Assembly (NCBI GenBank): GCA_937989945.1
Contig: CALKIG010000008.1
Span: forward strand, 32,631-96,630
Direction: 5' to 3'
From: an uncultured Actinomycetes bacterium
GTDB taxonomy: Bacteria > Actinomycetota > Acidimicrobiia > Spongiisociales > ZC4RG35
Length of the DNA stretch: 64,000 bases
Notes under the pieces: model-generated
The model's database searches: none
Seen by the model: only the letters and a program-made list of their open reading frames with translations
Told to the model about the DNA's origin: nothing
Shown: piece by piece, positions 46,206-55,751 of the stretch
Numbering within the stretch: position 1 is the stretch's first letter
How the letters are laid out: every line of letters starts with the position of its first letter
Made by a program: the position numbers and the translations under genes

Positions 46206-46291
46206 TGTCGGAGAGAGGACTCGAACCTCCACCAGGAAAACTCCCGACCAGGTCCTTAGCCTGGCGCGTCTACCAATTCCGCCACTCCGAC
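46206..46291 (-). tRNA. tRNA-Leu, type II (long variable arm), anticodon reads AAG
   Basis: Hand-fold: acceptor GTCGGAG/CTCCGAC, D region TGGCGGAATTGGTAGACGCG (the D-region sequence GGCGGAAUUGGUAGACGCG matches E. coli tRNA-Leu as I recall it), anticodon arm CCAGG-CTAAGGA-CCTGG, long variable arm, T arm GGAGG-TTCGAGT-CCTCT, discriminator A. A34 is the complement of base 46257. Confidence 0.85.
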
Positions 46292-46320
46292 GAGAGTGCG
46301 CCTGCGATTTTACCCGGCGC

Positions 46321-46560
46321 TCAGCTCAAGACGAAGGTGAGCACGAAGGTGCTGATACCGAAAAGAATACCGGTGATCCAAGTCAGCCGGTCGAGGTTCC
46401 GTTCGACAACAGTCGATCCGCCGAGGTTCGACGTCGACATGCCACCTCCGAAAACATCTGACAGCCCGCCCCCCTTGCCGGAATGCAGAAGGACCAGAGC
46501 CACGACGGCCAGGCTGAGCAGGACATGGACTATTACGAGTATTGCTTCAACGATTGACAT
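46321..46560 (-). CDS. secG: preprotein translocase subunit SecG
   Basis: 79 aa with two transmembrane segments flanking the Gly-rich loop LLHSGKGGGLSDVFGGG. Confidence 0.9.
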   Translation of the reverse strand: MSIVEAILVIVHVLLSLAVVALVLLHSGKGGGLSDVFGGGMSTSNLGGSTVVERNLDRLTWITGILFGISTFVLTFVLS

Positions 46561-46576
46561 GGTTGCCTGTGCTTGG

Positions 46577-46599
46577 AAAAGCCGTCCCGATGGGACGGC
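46577..46599 (-). terminator. intrinsic terminator after gpmA
   Basis: The minus strand reads GCCGTCCC-ATC-GGGACGGC followed by TTTTCC. It lies 33 nt after the gpmA stop. Confidence 0.6.
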
Positions 46600-46631
46600 A
46601 ATGCCAGTTTACCAGGTATGCGCGGGTTGAC

Positions 46632-47375
46632 CTAGCCTGCCTGACCGGCGACTTCGGCGGCAGCAGCCTCGGCCGCCCCCTCATCGCCCAGATAACGTGA
46701 GCTGATCGGGTTTAGATCCTCATCGAGCTCATACACGAGCGGGATACCGGTGGGGATGTTCAATCCGACGATGTCCTCTTCGGATATGTCGTCGAGATGC
46801 TTCACCAGGGCCCGCATCGAGTTGCCATGAGCTGCAATGAGCGGGATACGGCCCATTCTCAGATCGGGGACGATCGAGTCGTACCAGTAGGGCAGCATCC
46901 GGTCGACCACGTCGATCAATGCCTCGGCCGCGGGGACCAAGTCGGGAGCCAAGCCGGCGTATCTGGGGTCATGCGACGGGTGTCGCTCGTCGTCGGTCTC
47001 GAGCGCAGGTGGGCGCACGTCGTATGAGCGCCTCCACATGAGGACCTGGTCGGCACCATGCTTCTCGGCTGTCTCCTTCTTGTTCAGTCCTTGAAGAGCG
47101 CCATAGTGACGCTCGTTCAGACGCCACGAACGCCGAACAGGCAGGTAGGACAGGTCCATAGTCGTCAGTGTGAGCTCGGCTGTGTGAATGGCGCGTTTCA
47201 GAACCGAGGTGTGGACGTGGGTGGGCCTCAAGCCTTCCTCCAACATCAGCTCTCCGGCCTTGATGGCTTCCTCCCGACCCTGATCGGTCAGACCGACATC
47301 GGTCCACCCTGTGAAGAGGTTCTCCAGATTCCACTGTGACTGACCGTGCCGCAGGAGGATCATCGTGTACGTCAC
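46632..47375 (-). CDS. gpmA: 2,3-bisphosphoglycerate-dependent phosphoglycerate mutase
   Basis: [18 protein letters not shown] (RHG motif), ..ERHYG.., ..[10 protein letters not shown]... GTG 47375 overlaps the tpiA stop (GTGA). Confidence 0.9.
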   Translation of the reverse strand: MTYTMILLRHGQSQWNLENLFTGWTDVGLTDQGREEAIKAGELMLEEGLRPTHVHTSVLKRAIHTAELTLTTMDLSYLPVRRSWRLNERHYGALQGLNKKETAEKHGADQVLMWRRSYDVRPPALETDDERHPSHDPRYAGLAPDLVPAAEALIDVVDRMLPYWYDSIVPDLRMGRIPLIAAHGNSMRALVKHLDDISEEDIVGLNIPTGIPLVYELDEDLNPISSRYLGDEGAAEAAAAEVAGQAG

Positions 47376-48145
47376 AGGCGGTACCTCACGATCGCGGCGA
47401 ATTTGTCAGGATCCAGCGATGCTCCCCCGACGAGAGCACCATCGACATGTCGTTTGGCCATCAGGTCCTTGACGTTACCTGCGTTGACCGAACCCCCATA
47501 GAGCACCCGCACCTGCTCGGCAGTGTCGCTGTTCGCGATCTCGATCAAGGTCTCCCTGATGAACGCTGCCATGTCGCCGGCGTCTTCGGGGCTGGCCGTC
47601 CTGCCAGTTCCGATGGCCCAAACCGGCTCATACGCGATCGAACATGCGCCGACGAGATCGGGGCCGAGTCGGGCGAAAGCACCCCGCAACTGCGAACCGA
47701 CAACGCTCTGCGCCTCCCCGTCCTCGCGCTGACTCAGGGTCTCGCCGACACAGACGATGGGCGTCATGCCCGCGCCCAACACGGCTCGCGTGCGCTTGTT
47801 CACCAACTCATCGGTCTCGCCGAAGTATTGCCGTCTCTCCGAGTGGCCCAGTATCACGTAGCTGACTGCCAGACGCTCGAGCATCGGAGCGGACACCTCG
47901 CCCGTGAACGCCCCATTCTCTTCCCAGTGGGCGTTCTGCGCACCAAGCTGAATCAACATCCGATCGGCCTCGATCACGGTTTGCGCGGAGCGGAGCGCTG
48001 TGAACGGGGGCGCTACCACGACGTCGACCCGGTCGTAGTCATCGAGCTCCAGGCGGTAATGGAGCTTCTGGATCATCTGAATGGCGTCGAGATGCGTGGC
48101 ATTCATCTTCCAGTTGCCGACGATGAGGTCTCTGCGGTCGGTCAT
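47372..48145 (-). CDS. tpiA: triosephosphate isomerase
   Basis: GNWKMN, ..LGHSERR.., [11 protein letters not shown], ..YGGSV... The ATG overlaps the pgk stop (ATGA). Confidence 0.95.
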   Translation of the reverse strand: MTDRRDLIVGNWKMNATHLDAIQMIQKLHYRLELDDYDRVDVVVAPPFTALRSAQTVIEADRMLIQLGAQNAHWEENGAFTGEVSAPMLERLAVSYVILGHSERRQYFGETDELVNKRTRAVLGAGMTPIVCVGETLSQREDGEAQSVVGSQLRGAFARLGPDLVGACSIAYEPVWAIGTGRTASPEDAGDMAAFIRETLIEIANSDTAEQVRVLYGGSVNAGNVKDLMAKRHVDGALVGGASLDPDKFAAIVRYRL

Positions 48146-49302
48146 TGTCCTCCCTGATCTTCAGCCCATCTTTCCAGAGCCTCCACACCAGGGAGAACTC
48201 GCCCTTCGAGGAGCTCCAGCCCGGCTCCTCCCCCGGTGGAGAGATGATCGATGGCGTCGTCGTAGCCGAGAGCACGTATCGCGGCCGCTGAATCGCCACC
48301 ACCGACTCCGGTGAATCCTTCGGTTGCAGCCATCGCACTGGCAACGCGATCTGTGCCTTTTCGATATGACGCCCACTCGAAGACGCCCATCGGCCCGTTC
48401 CAAAAGATGGTTTGTGACCGGCGGATCGTGTCTGCGAACAGGTTCGAAGTCTGCGGGCCGATGTCCAGGCCCATCTCGTGCTCCGTCATCGAGTGGACAC
48501 TGACGATCCGATTGGATCCTGCCGGCGTGAAGGACGTAGAGGCCACGACATCGATAGGGAGAACGATCTTGGTGCCGTGCTCGCCCTCCAGCAAGGCCGA
48601 CGCAGACTCGATCATGTCGTCTTGCACCATGGAAGCGCCGACCTGCTCTCCCCTGGCCTTGAGAAAGGTGAAGCACATGCCACCTCCAATGAGCATCTGG
48701 TCGACCCTCGGGAGCAAGTTCTCAATGACCCCGAGCTTGTCTGAGATCTTGGCGCCTCCCAGCACAACCGTGTACGGGTGTTCGGGCTCATCGGTGAACT
48801 TCGTGAACGCAGTCAGCTCTCCGTCGAGCAATGGCCCCGCCACGCTCTTGACAAGGCCCGCGACGCCGACCGTCGAAGCGTGGGCCCGGTGGACGGAGCC
48901 GAAGGCGTCCTGGACGAAGAGGTCCTGCCCGTCGGCAAGCCGGGCTGCGAACACCGGATCGTTGGTTGTCTCTCCCTCCTCGAATCTCGTGTTCTCCATG
49001 ACCCGGATCTCTCCGTCGGCGTGTTTCCCCATCGTCACGTCGCGTCCCATGAGCTGCATGAGACGGTCGGCGACCGCGCGCATCGAGTAGTGGGGGTTTG
49101 GTCCCTTGGGACGGCCCAGGTGGGAGCACACGGTCACCCGAGCACCAGAAGACACCAGGCGCTCCAGCGTGGGAATCGCCGCCCTGATCCGGAAGTCGTC
49201 GCTGATCGATCCATCCTCCTCCAGTGGGACGTTCAGGTCAGACCGGACCAAGACGCGCTTGCCCGCAACATCGACGTCCTCCAGTGTCAAGTATCGCTTC
49301 AT
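48142..49302 (-). CDS. pgk: phosphoglycerate kinase
   Basis: ATG 49302 overlaps the yvcK stop (ATGA). GKRVLVRSDLNVPL, ..SHLGRPKG.., ..GGGDSAAA.., ..STGGGAGLELLEG... Confidence 0.95.
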   Translation of the reverse strand: MKRYLTLEDVDVAGKRVLVRSDLNVPLEEDGSISDDFRIRAAIPTLERLVSSGARVTVCSHLGRPKGPNPHYSMRAVADRLMQLMGRDVTMGKHADGEIRVMENTRFEEGETTNDPVFAARLADGQDLFVQDAFGSVHRAHASTVGVAGLVKSVAGPLLDGELTAFTKFTDEPEHPYTVVLGGAKISDKLGVIENLLPRVDQMLIGGGMCFTFLKARGEQVGASMVQDDMIESASALLEGEHGTKIVLPIDVVASTSFTPAGSNRIVSVHSMTEHEMGLDIGPQTSNLFADTIRRSQTIFWNGPMGVFEWASYRKGTDRVASAMAATEGFTGVGGGDSAAAIRALGYDDAIDHLSTGGGAGLELLEGRVLPGVEALERWAEDQGGQ

Positions 49303-50252
49303 CTTTCTTGACCTCCTTGGGAAAGCTCTTCGAGGACGCGACCCAGTTTCAACGGGTCGTGAGCCGGCCACTCTGCTGCTTGGTCGGCCACGTCCGCATA
49401 CACGACCCTCCATCCCATCCGGGCTGCAGCGTCTGCCTCGATGGTGACGGAGTCGTGGCCTTCAGGCACATCGAGCCGACCCTCATGGGCTATGACCACG
49501 GCGGGCCCTTCGATTCCGACGTGCCGGCGGAGGGCTTCGAGGTGCCCGGTCCCGTCCATGCCCAGGGTTTCGCCGTCCTGTGTCACGAGATTCAGCACGA
49601 ACACCCGCTGAGCCGGCGCCTGCATGACGGCATCGGCAAGCATGTTGACCTTGAGGGCAGCGATTATCGAGGTATAGAGGCTCCCGGGACCGATGACGAT
49701 CTGATCAGCGGATGCGATTGCTGACAACGCACGTCGAGAGGCAACGACGTCCGCCGGCTCGATCCAAACGTCCTCGACCTCGCCGATCCGATCCCCGATC
49801 AGTCGTTGGCCGACGATGTCCTCGCCGTCGATTCGGGCATGGAGGGTGAGGGGGTCGGGAGCCACTGGTATCACCTCCCCTACCGCTCCCAGCATTTGGC
49901 CCGCAGTGGAAACTGCCGTCTCGAAGTCGCCGAACATGTTGGCCAGGCCGGCAATTATCAGATTGCCGAGCGAATGGTCGATCACGTCGCCCTCGGAAAA
50001 CCGATGAGCGAACAACTCTGACCAGATCGACGGCTCTGGTGTGAGTGCCAGCAGGCAGCGACGCAAATCTCCCGGCGGAGGGATTCCGAGGTCTATGAGC
50101 CGCCCGGAGGAGCCACCGTCGTCCGAGACCGTCACGAGTGCGGTGATCTCAGATGCATAACACTGGATTGCCTCCAGAGCCGAGGCCTGACCATGACCGC
50201 CGCCGATGGCGACCACCTTGGGCCCGCTCGGGTCCAGCAGGAGCGGCTGCAT
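49299..50252 (-). CDS. yvcK: gluconeogenesis factor YvcK/CuvA (CofD-like family)
   Basis: From ATG 50252: ..KVVAIGGGHGQASAL.., ..VTVSDDGGSSGRL.., ..PGDLRRCL.., ..GPGSLYTSI... Confidence 0.85.
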   Translation of the reverse strand: MQPLLLDPSGPKVVAIGGGHGQASALEAIQCYASEITALVTVSDDGGSSGRLIDLGIPPPGDLRRCLLALTPEPSIWSELFAHRFSEGDVIDHSLGNLIIAGLANMFGDFETAVSTAGQMLGAVGEVIPVAPDPLTLHARIDGEDIVGQRLIGDRIGEVEDVWIEPADVVASRRALSAIASADQIVIGPGSLYTSIIAALKVNMLADAVMQAPAQRVFVLNLVTQDGETLGMDGTGHLEALRRHVGIEGPAVVIAHEGRLDVPEGHDSVTIEADAAARMGWRVVYADVADQAAEWPAHDPLKLGRVLEELSQGGQER

Positions 50253-50272
50253 GGTGGTTTCGACCTGCGGTC

Positions 50273-51145
50273 TCAATTGTCGATGTCTCGGTGTCTCACA
50301 ACTGCGCGCACATTGCGCTTGTTGAGTCGCTTCCCCAACTCCTCTGCTATCGCCACGGATCGATGGTGCCCACCCGTGCATCCGATCCCCACAGACAGGT
50401 AGGACTTGCCTTCGGCCTCGAACCTGGGGATCAGAAAAAGAAGCATGTTCTCAACTTGATCGACGAATTGGCCCGCACCCTCCGTACCCAGGACATAGTC
50501 ACTGACCGGCTCGTCTGTGCCCCGACGGTCACGCAGTTCCGGCACCCAGTGCGGATTGGGGAGAAACCTGACATCAAACATGAGATCGACGTCGCGAGGG
50601 CTTCCGTGCTTGAACCCAAAGCTCCTGACCGACACTCTCATGGGCTCGGTCATGTCTTCGTCCGCGAAGAGAGTCGTCAGCTGCTCTCTGAGCTGGTGGA
50701 TGTTCAGATTCGAGGTGTCGATGTAATAGTCGGACATCTCACGGAGCTCGACCAGCATGTCGCGCTCTGCCGTGATGGCCGAAGTGATCGTCGGCTCGCC
50801 AAGCGGATGAGGCCTTCGGTTCTCTTCGTAGCGTCTGACGATCACATCGTCTTCGGCGTCGAGGAAAACGATTCGTGTCTGCACGCCGTCCCGTGCCAGC
50901 TCGACGATGGCCGATTTCAGCTCCTCCGTCGGAAGCCCGCCGCGCGAGTCGATGACAAGGGCCAGGTGTTTGTGCTGCTCCGGGATGTCATGCGACTTCA
51001 CCGCCTGAGCAAGGAGGCTGGGCGGCAGGTTGTCGATGACGGCGTAGCCAAGGTCTTCGATGACCTTCGCCGCAGAGCTCCGCCCCGCACCGGACATTCC
51101 GGTGATGAGCAGGACGTGAGGGTGTTCTGTTGAGACGAGTTCCAT
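50273..51145 (-). CDS. rapZ: RNase adapter / nucleotide-binding protein RapZ (YvcJ)
   Basis: From ATG 51145: VLLITGMSGAGRSSAAKVIEDLGY (Walker A), ..FLDAEDDVIVRRYEENRRPHP.., ..CTGGHHRSVAIAE... Confidence 0.9.
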   Translation of the reverse strand: MELVSTEHPHVLLITGMSGAGRSSAAKVIEDLGYAVIDNLPPSLLAQAVKSHDIPEQHKHLALVIDSRGGLPTEELKSAIVELARDGVQTRIVFLDAEDDVIVRRYEENRRPHPLGEPTITSAITAERDMLVELREMSDYYIDTSNLNIHQLREQLTTLFADEDMTEPMRVSVRSFGFKHGSPRDVDLMFDVRFLPNPHWVPELRDRRGTDEPVSDYVLGTEGAGQFVDQVENMLLFLIPRFEAEGKSYLSVGIGCTGGHHRSVAIAEELGKRLNKRNVRAVVRHRDIDN

Positions 51146-51161
51146 CAGATCGACGCCGGTT

Positions 51162-52994
51162 CTAGGTGTGGAGCACAGAGTACAGGTCGTCAGCAACGGC
51201 CTGGGGCACCACACCCGCGAGCTCGTCGCGAGATGCCTCCCGGATTCTCTTGAGTGACCCGAAACGCTTGATCAAATCCCTCTTGCGCTTTGCTCCGATG
51301 CCGGGGACGTCATCGAGGATCGAGTCGACCATCGATTTGGAGCGAAGCTTCCGGTGATAGGTGACAGCGAATCGATGGGCCTCATCCCGTACTTGCTGGA
51401 GCAGATAGAGCGCCTCGGCATCGCGCGCAATCTGAACCGGCTCCGGTTTTCCTGGCAAGTAGACCTCTTCCATCTTCTTGGCCAGCCCAATCACCGGTAT
51501 TTCGAGATCGAGCTCGTCGAGGACTCTGACTGCCCGACCAAGCTGGCCCGGTCCACCGTCGATGACTATGAGAGACGGCGGATATGAGAATTTCCCTTGC
51601 TCGGCCAGTGGCTTGTCCCGCTCGGCGAGATAAGCCTTGAAGCGCCGACGCACCGCCTCTTCCATCGAAGCGAAGTCATCCTGTCCCTGAACGGTTTTCA
51701 TCTTGAATTGCCTGTACTCGGATGGTCGGGGGACGCCGTCCTCCAGGACCACCATCGAGGCAACGGTGTTTGTTCCCTGAAGCGTGGAGATGTCGTAGGC
51801 CTCGATCCGCAACGGCGGCTCGGGCAGATCGAGCTCGGCCTGCAAAGACCTGAGCGCCCGGGCTCGGGCATTGTGATCCTTCTGTCTCTTCAGTCGGTGA
51901 CGGGCAAATGCCTCCGCCGCGTTGGTTGTGGTCGTCTCCATGAGGCGCCGCTTGGTGCCCCGCCGGGGGACGCGCAAATCGACCCTGGACCCTCTCAGGT
52001 CGGTGAGCCACTCCGTGAGGAGATCCAGCTCCGCAGGCTCGATGGACACCAGAACCTCACGGGGAGGCTCCGCTTCGCCGTACAGCTCTCTGATGACACG
52101 ACCCATCAGCTCGTTGTCGGTCAGCTCCTCCACCCGATCAACGACGGTGCCCTTGCGACCCACTACCCGGCCCTGCCGCACATAGAGGATCTGGAACGCA
52201 GACTCCAGCTCATCGCCATGGAACGAGATCAGATCGAAGTTCTCCTTGCGCTCAGTGACCACTTCCTGGCGCAGCATGGCCCGCCGCACGTCTTCGATGC
52301 GATCGCGATGTCGAGCGGCTAGCTCGAACTCCTGACGATTGGATGCGGCCCACATCTGATCCTGCAGATCGGAGAGCACCCCTTCGGTGTCGCCCTCGAG
52401 GAAAGACGCAAGGCCGTCCACCATGTCCTGGTACTCGTCAGCCGGGACTGCCCCGATGCACGGCCCCGAGCACTTTTCGATGTGATAGAGCAGACATGGG
52501 CGGTCCTGGGCCTTTTGCCTCTCGAACATCGCATTGGAGCAGGTCCTGATGGGAAAAGTGCGAAGGAGCTGATCGAGTGTCTTCCGGATTGCGTAGGTGT
52601 GGGCGTACGGCCCGAAGTACTGGTTGCCCTTGCGCTTCTTGCCACGCATGACCTGGGCTCGGGGCCACTCATGGCTACGGGTGATCGCGAGATACGGGTA
52701 TGACTTGTCATCGACCAGCTTTACGTTGAAGCGCGGCCGATGCTTCTTGATCAGGGAATACTCGAGCATCAGGGCTGCGACCTCAGACTCGGTGATGATC
52801 CACTCAACCGACCTGGCGTGGTCCACCATCGTCTGCGTGCGCGGATGCAGGCCAACGCCGAAGTAGGAAGAGACCCGGCTCCTCAGACTCTTGGCCTTCC
52901 CGGTGTAGATCACCTTCCCGTTCTTGTCGCGGAAGAGATATGCGCCGGGCTTGTCCGGGATCTCCGAGGGCTTAGGACGCTCGAACATCGCCAC
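51162..52994 (-). CDS. uvrC: excinuclease ABC subunit C
   Basis: GIY-YIG (PGAYLFRDKNGKVIYTGKAKSLRSR), UvrBC-interaction region, Endo-V-like domain, C-terminal (HhH)2 (IPGIGAKRKRDLIKRFGSL). The start is directly adjacent to the upstream stop. Confidence 0.95.
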   Translation of the reverse strand: MAMFERPKPSEIPDKPGAYLFRDKNGKVIYTGKAKSLRSRVSSYFGVGLHPRTQTMVDHARSVEWIITESEVAALMLEYSLIKKHRPRFNVKLVDDKSYPYLAITRSHEWPRAQVMRGKKRKGNQYFGPYAHTYAIRKTLDQLLRTFPIRTCSNAMFERQKAQDRPCLLYHIEKCSGPCIGAVPADEYQDMVDGLASFLEGDTEGVLSDLQDQMWAASNRQEFELAARHRDRIEDVRRAMLRQEVVTERKENFDLISFHGDELESAFQILYVRQGRVVGRKGTVVDRVEELTDNELMGRVIRELYGEAEPPREVLVSIEPAELDLLTEWLTDLRGSRVDLRVPRRGTKRRLMETTTTNAAEAFARHRLKRQKDHNARARALRSLQAELDLPEPPLRIEAYDISTLQGTNTVASMVVLEDGVPRPSEYRQFKMKTVQGQDDFASMEEAVRRRFKAYLAERDKPLAEQGKFSYPPSLIVIDGGPGQLGRAVRVLDELDLEIPVIGLAKKMEEVYLPGKPEPVQIARDAEALYLLQQVRDEAHRFAVTYHRKLRSKSMVDSILDDVPGIGAKRKRDLIKRFGSLKRIREASRDELAGVVPQAVADDLYSVLHT

Positions 52995-53681
52995 TCAGGG
53001 TATAAGGGACCACCGACATGCCATGAGTCGCGGGATGCCTACCTGATCCACGAGCTCGTGGTGTGGTCTCTCCACCACCTTCTCCAATGCCCACCCGGCG
53101 TCTGCCGCAGCATTGAGAAGATCAGCAACGGTGCGATGGAAGAAGGTGACCGTGTGCTCGCCGGCGCGTACTTCGGAGCTGCCCCCACTCTCGAAATAGC
53201 CCCCAGGTCGCCAGAGCACCTCACCATCCTCATCTGTGATCGGGGTCGATTCAGGAGCCGTCCATGTCGGATGGTTGATGACCAACGCGAACATACCGCC
53301 GGTCCGTACCACCCGAGCGACTTCTGCGAATAGAGCATCTGTCTCCTTCAGATGCTCCAGGACCAGGACCATGAGGGCTCCATCCACCGAGTCTGCCTTG
53401 ATTGAGTGGAGGTTTGGGAGGCGTCCGACGACGACCGGTCCGTGACGTCCGGCCAGGGAGGCGAGCTCCGGGACCAGTTCCAGCCCTATCGCGATGCCAC
53501 CGGCGGCGACGACGCTTTCCATGACCCGCCCGTCGCCACAACCGAGGTCGAGGTAGGTGTGGCCCGGCTCAGGCCTCATGACCTCGAGCAGGAGCGGGGT
53601 CACAATCTCTTCGTAGGAGTCGTCACCGGCGAGCTCGGCTTGCCACCAATCGCCCAATCTTGTCCAGGAGGCCATCACCAC
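52995..53681 (-). CDS. class I SAM-dependent methyltransferase
   Basis: Motif I YLDLGCGDG and post-I/II elements ..VDGALMVLVLEHL.. and ..RVVRTGGMFAL... 228 aa. Confidence 0.75.
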   Translation of the reverse strand: MVMASWTRLGDWWQAELAGDDSYEEIVTPLLLEVMRPEPGHTYLDLGCGDGRVMESVVAAGGIAIGLELVPELASLAGRHGPVVVGRLPNLHSIKADSVDGALMVLVLEHLKETDALFAEVARVVRTGGMFALVINHPTWTAPESTPITDEDGEVLWRPGGYFESGGSSEVRAGEHTVTFFHRTVADLLNAAADAGWALEKVVERPHHELVDQVGIPRLMACRWSLIP

Positions 53682-53729
53682 ATTGAAGCCGAATCATGAT
53701 GATGTGCCGGAGCCGTACCGGCCTCGGAA

Positions 53730-54731
53730 TCAGGCGCCGAGGACCTCTCTGAACCAGGGCGTGGTCTTCTCGAGGCCTTCGCGGAGGCTTATCTGTGCCT
53801 TCCAGCCGAGAACCTCTTCGGCCTTGGTCGTGTCCGGGCGCCTCACCTTCGGATCATCGACTGGAATCGGGTGGAACTCGATGCCGGGGTGGTTTCCCAC
53901 CACGTCCTGGACGGTCTCGGCCAGCTCGAGCATCGAGATCTCCTCCGGGTTGCCGATATTGACCGGGCTCGTCTCTTCTGAGAGGAGCAGGCGCAAGATC
54001 CCCTCCACCTGGTCGTCCACATAGCAGAGGGACCTGGTCTGGGAACCGTCGCCAAACACGGGCAAGGGCTTGTCCTGTAGGGCGGCTTTGAAGAAGGCAG
54101 GTATCGCCCGGCCGTCGTTGGGACGCATCTTGGGCCCGTAGGTGTTGAATATCCGAACGATCCGGGTGTCGACCCCGTGCTCACGCTGATAGGCGAGGGT
54201 GAGGGCTTCGGCGAAACGCTTCGCCTCGTCGTACACACCCCGGGGGCCGATCGGGTTCACATTCCCCCAATAGGTCTCGGGCTGTGGGTTGACCAGGGGA
54301 TCACCGTAGACCTCCGAGGTCGATGCGAGGAAGAACACTGCATCCTTGGACATCGCAAGTCCAAGTCCCTTGTGCGTGCCAAAGGCACCCACCTTCAACG
54401 TGTGGATCGGCCACTTCAGGTAGTCAACCGGAGACGCAGGCGAGGCAAAGTTCATCACATAGTCGACATCCCCTTCGACATGGAGAAAGTCGGTGACGTC
54501 ATAGTCGATCAGCCGGAACTTCTTGTCACCCATCAAGTGGGTGACGTTGGCGGCATTCCCGGTGATGAGGTTGTCGATGCAGGTGACACGAGCTCCCGAG
54601 TAGACGAGCCACGTGCAGACATGAGAACCCAGGAAGCCAGCACCTCCCATCACAACCGCATGTCGGCCTTCCAGCTCACGAAAACCGCCCAGTGCGGAAC
54701 GGCGCATATCGAACATATATTGATTCTCCAA
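53730..54731 (-). CDS. UDP-glucuronate decarboxylase (UDP-xylose synthase-like SDR)
   Basis: Rossmann [12 protein letters not shown], ..IDNLITG.., catalytic YDEAKR, ..[11 protein letters not shown].. and ..RSLCYVDD.. match the UXS/ArnA-decarboxylase-type extended SDR pattern as I recall it. Confidence 0.75.
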   Translation of the reverse strand: MENQYMFDMRRSALGGFRELEGRHAVVMGGAGFLGSHVCTWLVYSGARVTCIDNLITGNAANVTHLMGDKKFRLIDYDVTDFLHVEGDVDYVMNFASPASPVDYLKWPIHTLKVGAFGTHKGLGLAMSKDAVFFLASTSEVYGDPLVNPQPETYWGNVNPIGPRGVYDEAKRFAEALTLAYQREHGVDTRIVRIFNTYGPKMRPNDGRAIPAFFKAALQDKPLPVFGDGSQTRSLCYVDDQVEGILRLLLSEETSPVNIGNPEEISMLELAETVQDVVGNHPGIEFHPIPVDDPKVRRPDTTKAEEVLGWKAQISLREGLEKTTPWFREVLGA

Positions 54732-54770
54732 GGCGACTACAGGCTACATCGGCACGATGCGGCTCAACGT

Positions 54771-55727
54771 TTAGGCAGTCGCCAGACTCATTTTCGGAGA
54801 AACCTCTGGCCGCCAATTGGGGCCGAACGCCCACATCACTGGAAGCATTCCCACAGCCCGTATGGCGTTGATGGGATTGGCAAGCACCGAGTCCCCCAAC
54901 ACGACAACGAGCACCCCTGAGACAATCCAGGCGAGGTCTCGCTTCATCGCCCCCACAGCCAATGTGAACAGGCCTGAGCCGAGCACCAAGAAGCCAATCA
55001 GCGAGGGATGGGTGAAGAAGGCCGTGAATGGCAGACCGAACGCACCATCGGCACCCTGGAAGATCGAAGTTGCGAAAACCAGCCCGGCGATGATCCGGAC
55101 ACCCAGCGCGGCCGTCATCGTCGACAGGAACAATGGCCACCGTCCCAGTAGCGCCAATGCATATGTGGGTCTTGTAGCCCCCAGAGCGAACGAAGCCCAG
55201 AGACCAGTCCCGAGCATCGCAAGGGTGAGAAAGAGAAGGCCGAGCGGCTCCGCTGTGTCACCGGCAAAGCCAAAGAAGACGGCAGGGTTCACGATGAGCA
55301 GCCAGGCTCGCGGGCCGAGCCGCTCCCGAACCACCCCGGCGATGAACCCGATCAATGCGATGGACAACAGACCCACCGTGAACAGCGCCGGAAGAACCCA
55401 CTCCTCGTTCCCGAGGCTGAACATCCAGCCCAACCATGAGAACCCGACCCGCGAATATCTGTACACCGGGATCAACACGAGCTGTGACGGCCCGGATCCA
55501 ACCGGGTCGGCAGCGAATGTGGCGAATATCTCTCCGTCGCCTCCACCACCTGTGTAGAAGATCGCGGGCCAGTCGCCGAAGTCGATGCCTGTCAGCTGCC
55601 CAAGCACTTGCCAATGGAGAGGATCGGTTGGGCTCATTCGAGCGAGTCTGACCAGCAACGCACCGGCTACCGCAATGGATCCGACCAGGAGTCCCTGGCG
55701 AATGGTTTGCCTGGAGAGGGGATTCAC
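54771..55727 (-). CDS. polytopic membrane protein, paralogue of 62445..63551
   Basis: 318 aa with about 8 hydrophobic segments. The first loop carries GDGEIFATFAADP....PVYRYSRVGFSWL, mirrored in the other gene as HDGKYFFVLANDP....PLYRSQRMLYPVI. Confidence 0.6.
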   Translation of the reverse strand: MNPLSRQTIRQGLLVGSIAVAGALLVRLARMSPTDPLHWQVLGQLTGIDFGDWPAIFYTGGGGDGEIFATFAADPVGSGPSQLVLIPVYRYSRVGFSWLGWMFSLGNEEWVLPALFTVGLLSIALIGFIAGVVRERLGPRAWLLIVNPAVFFGFAGDTAEPLGLLFLTLAMLGTGLWASFALGATRPTYALALLGRWPLFLSTMTAALGVRIIAGLVFATSIFQGADGAFGLPFTAFFTHPSLIGFLVLGSGLFTLAVGAMKRDLAWIVSGVLVVVLGDSVLANPINAIRAVGMLPVMWAFGPNWRPEVSPKMSLATA

Positions 55728-55751
55728 CAGACAAGTATCGGCAAATCTGCC

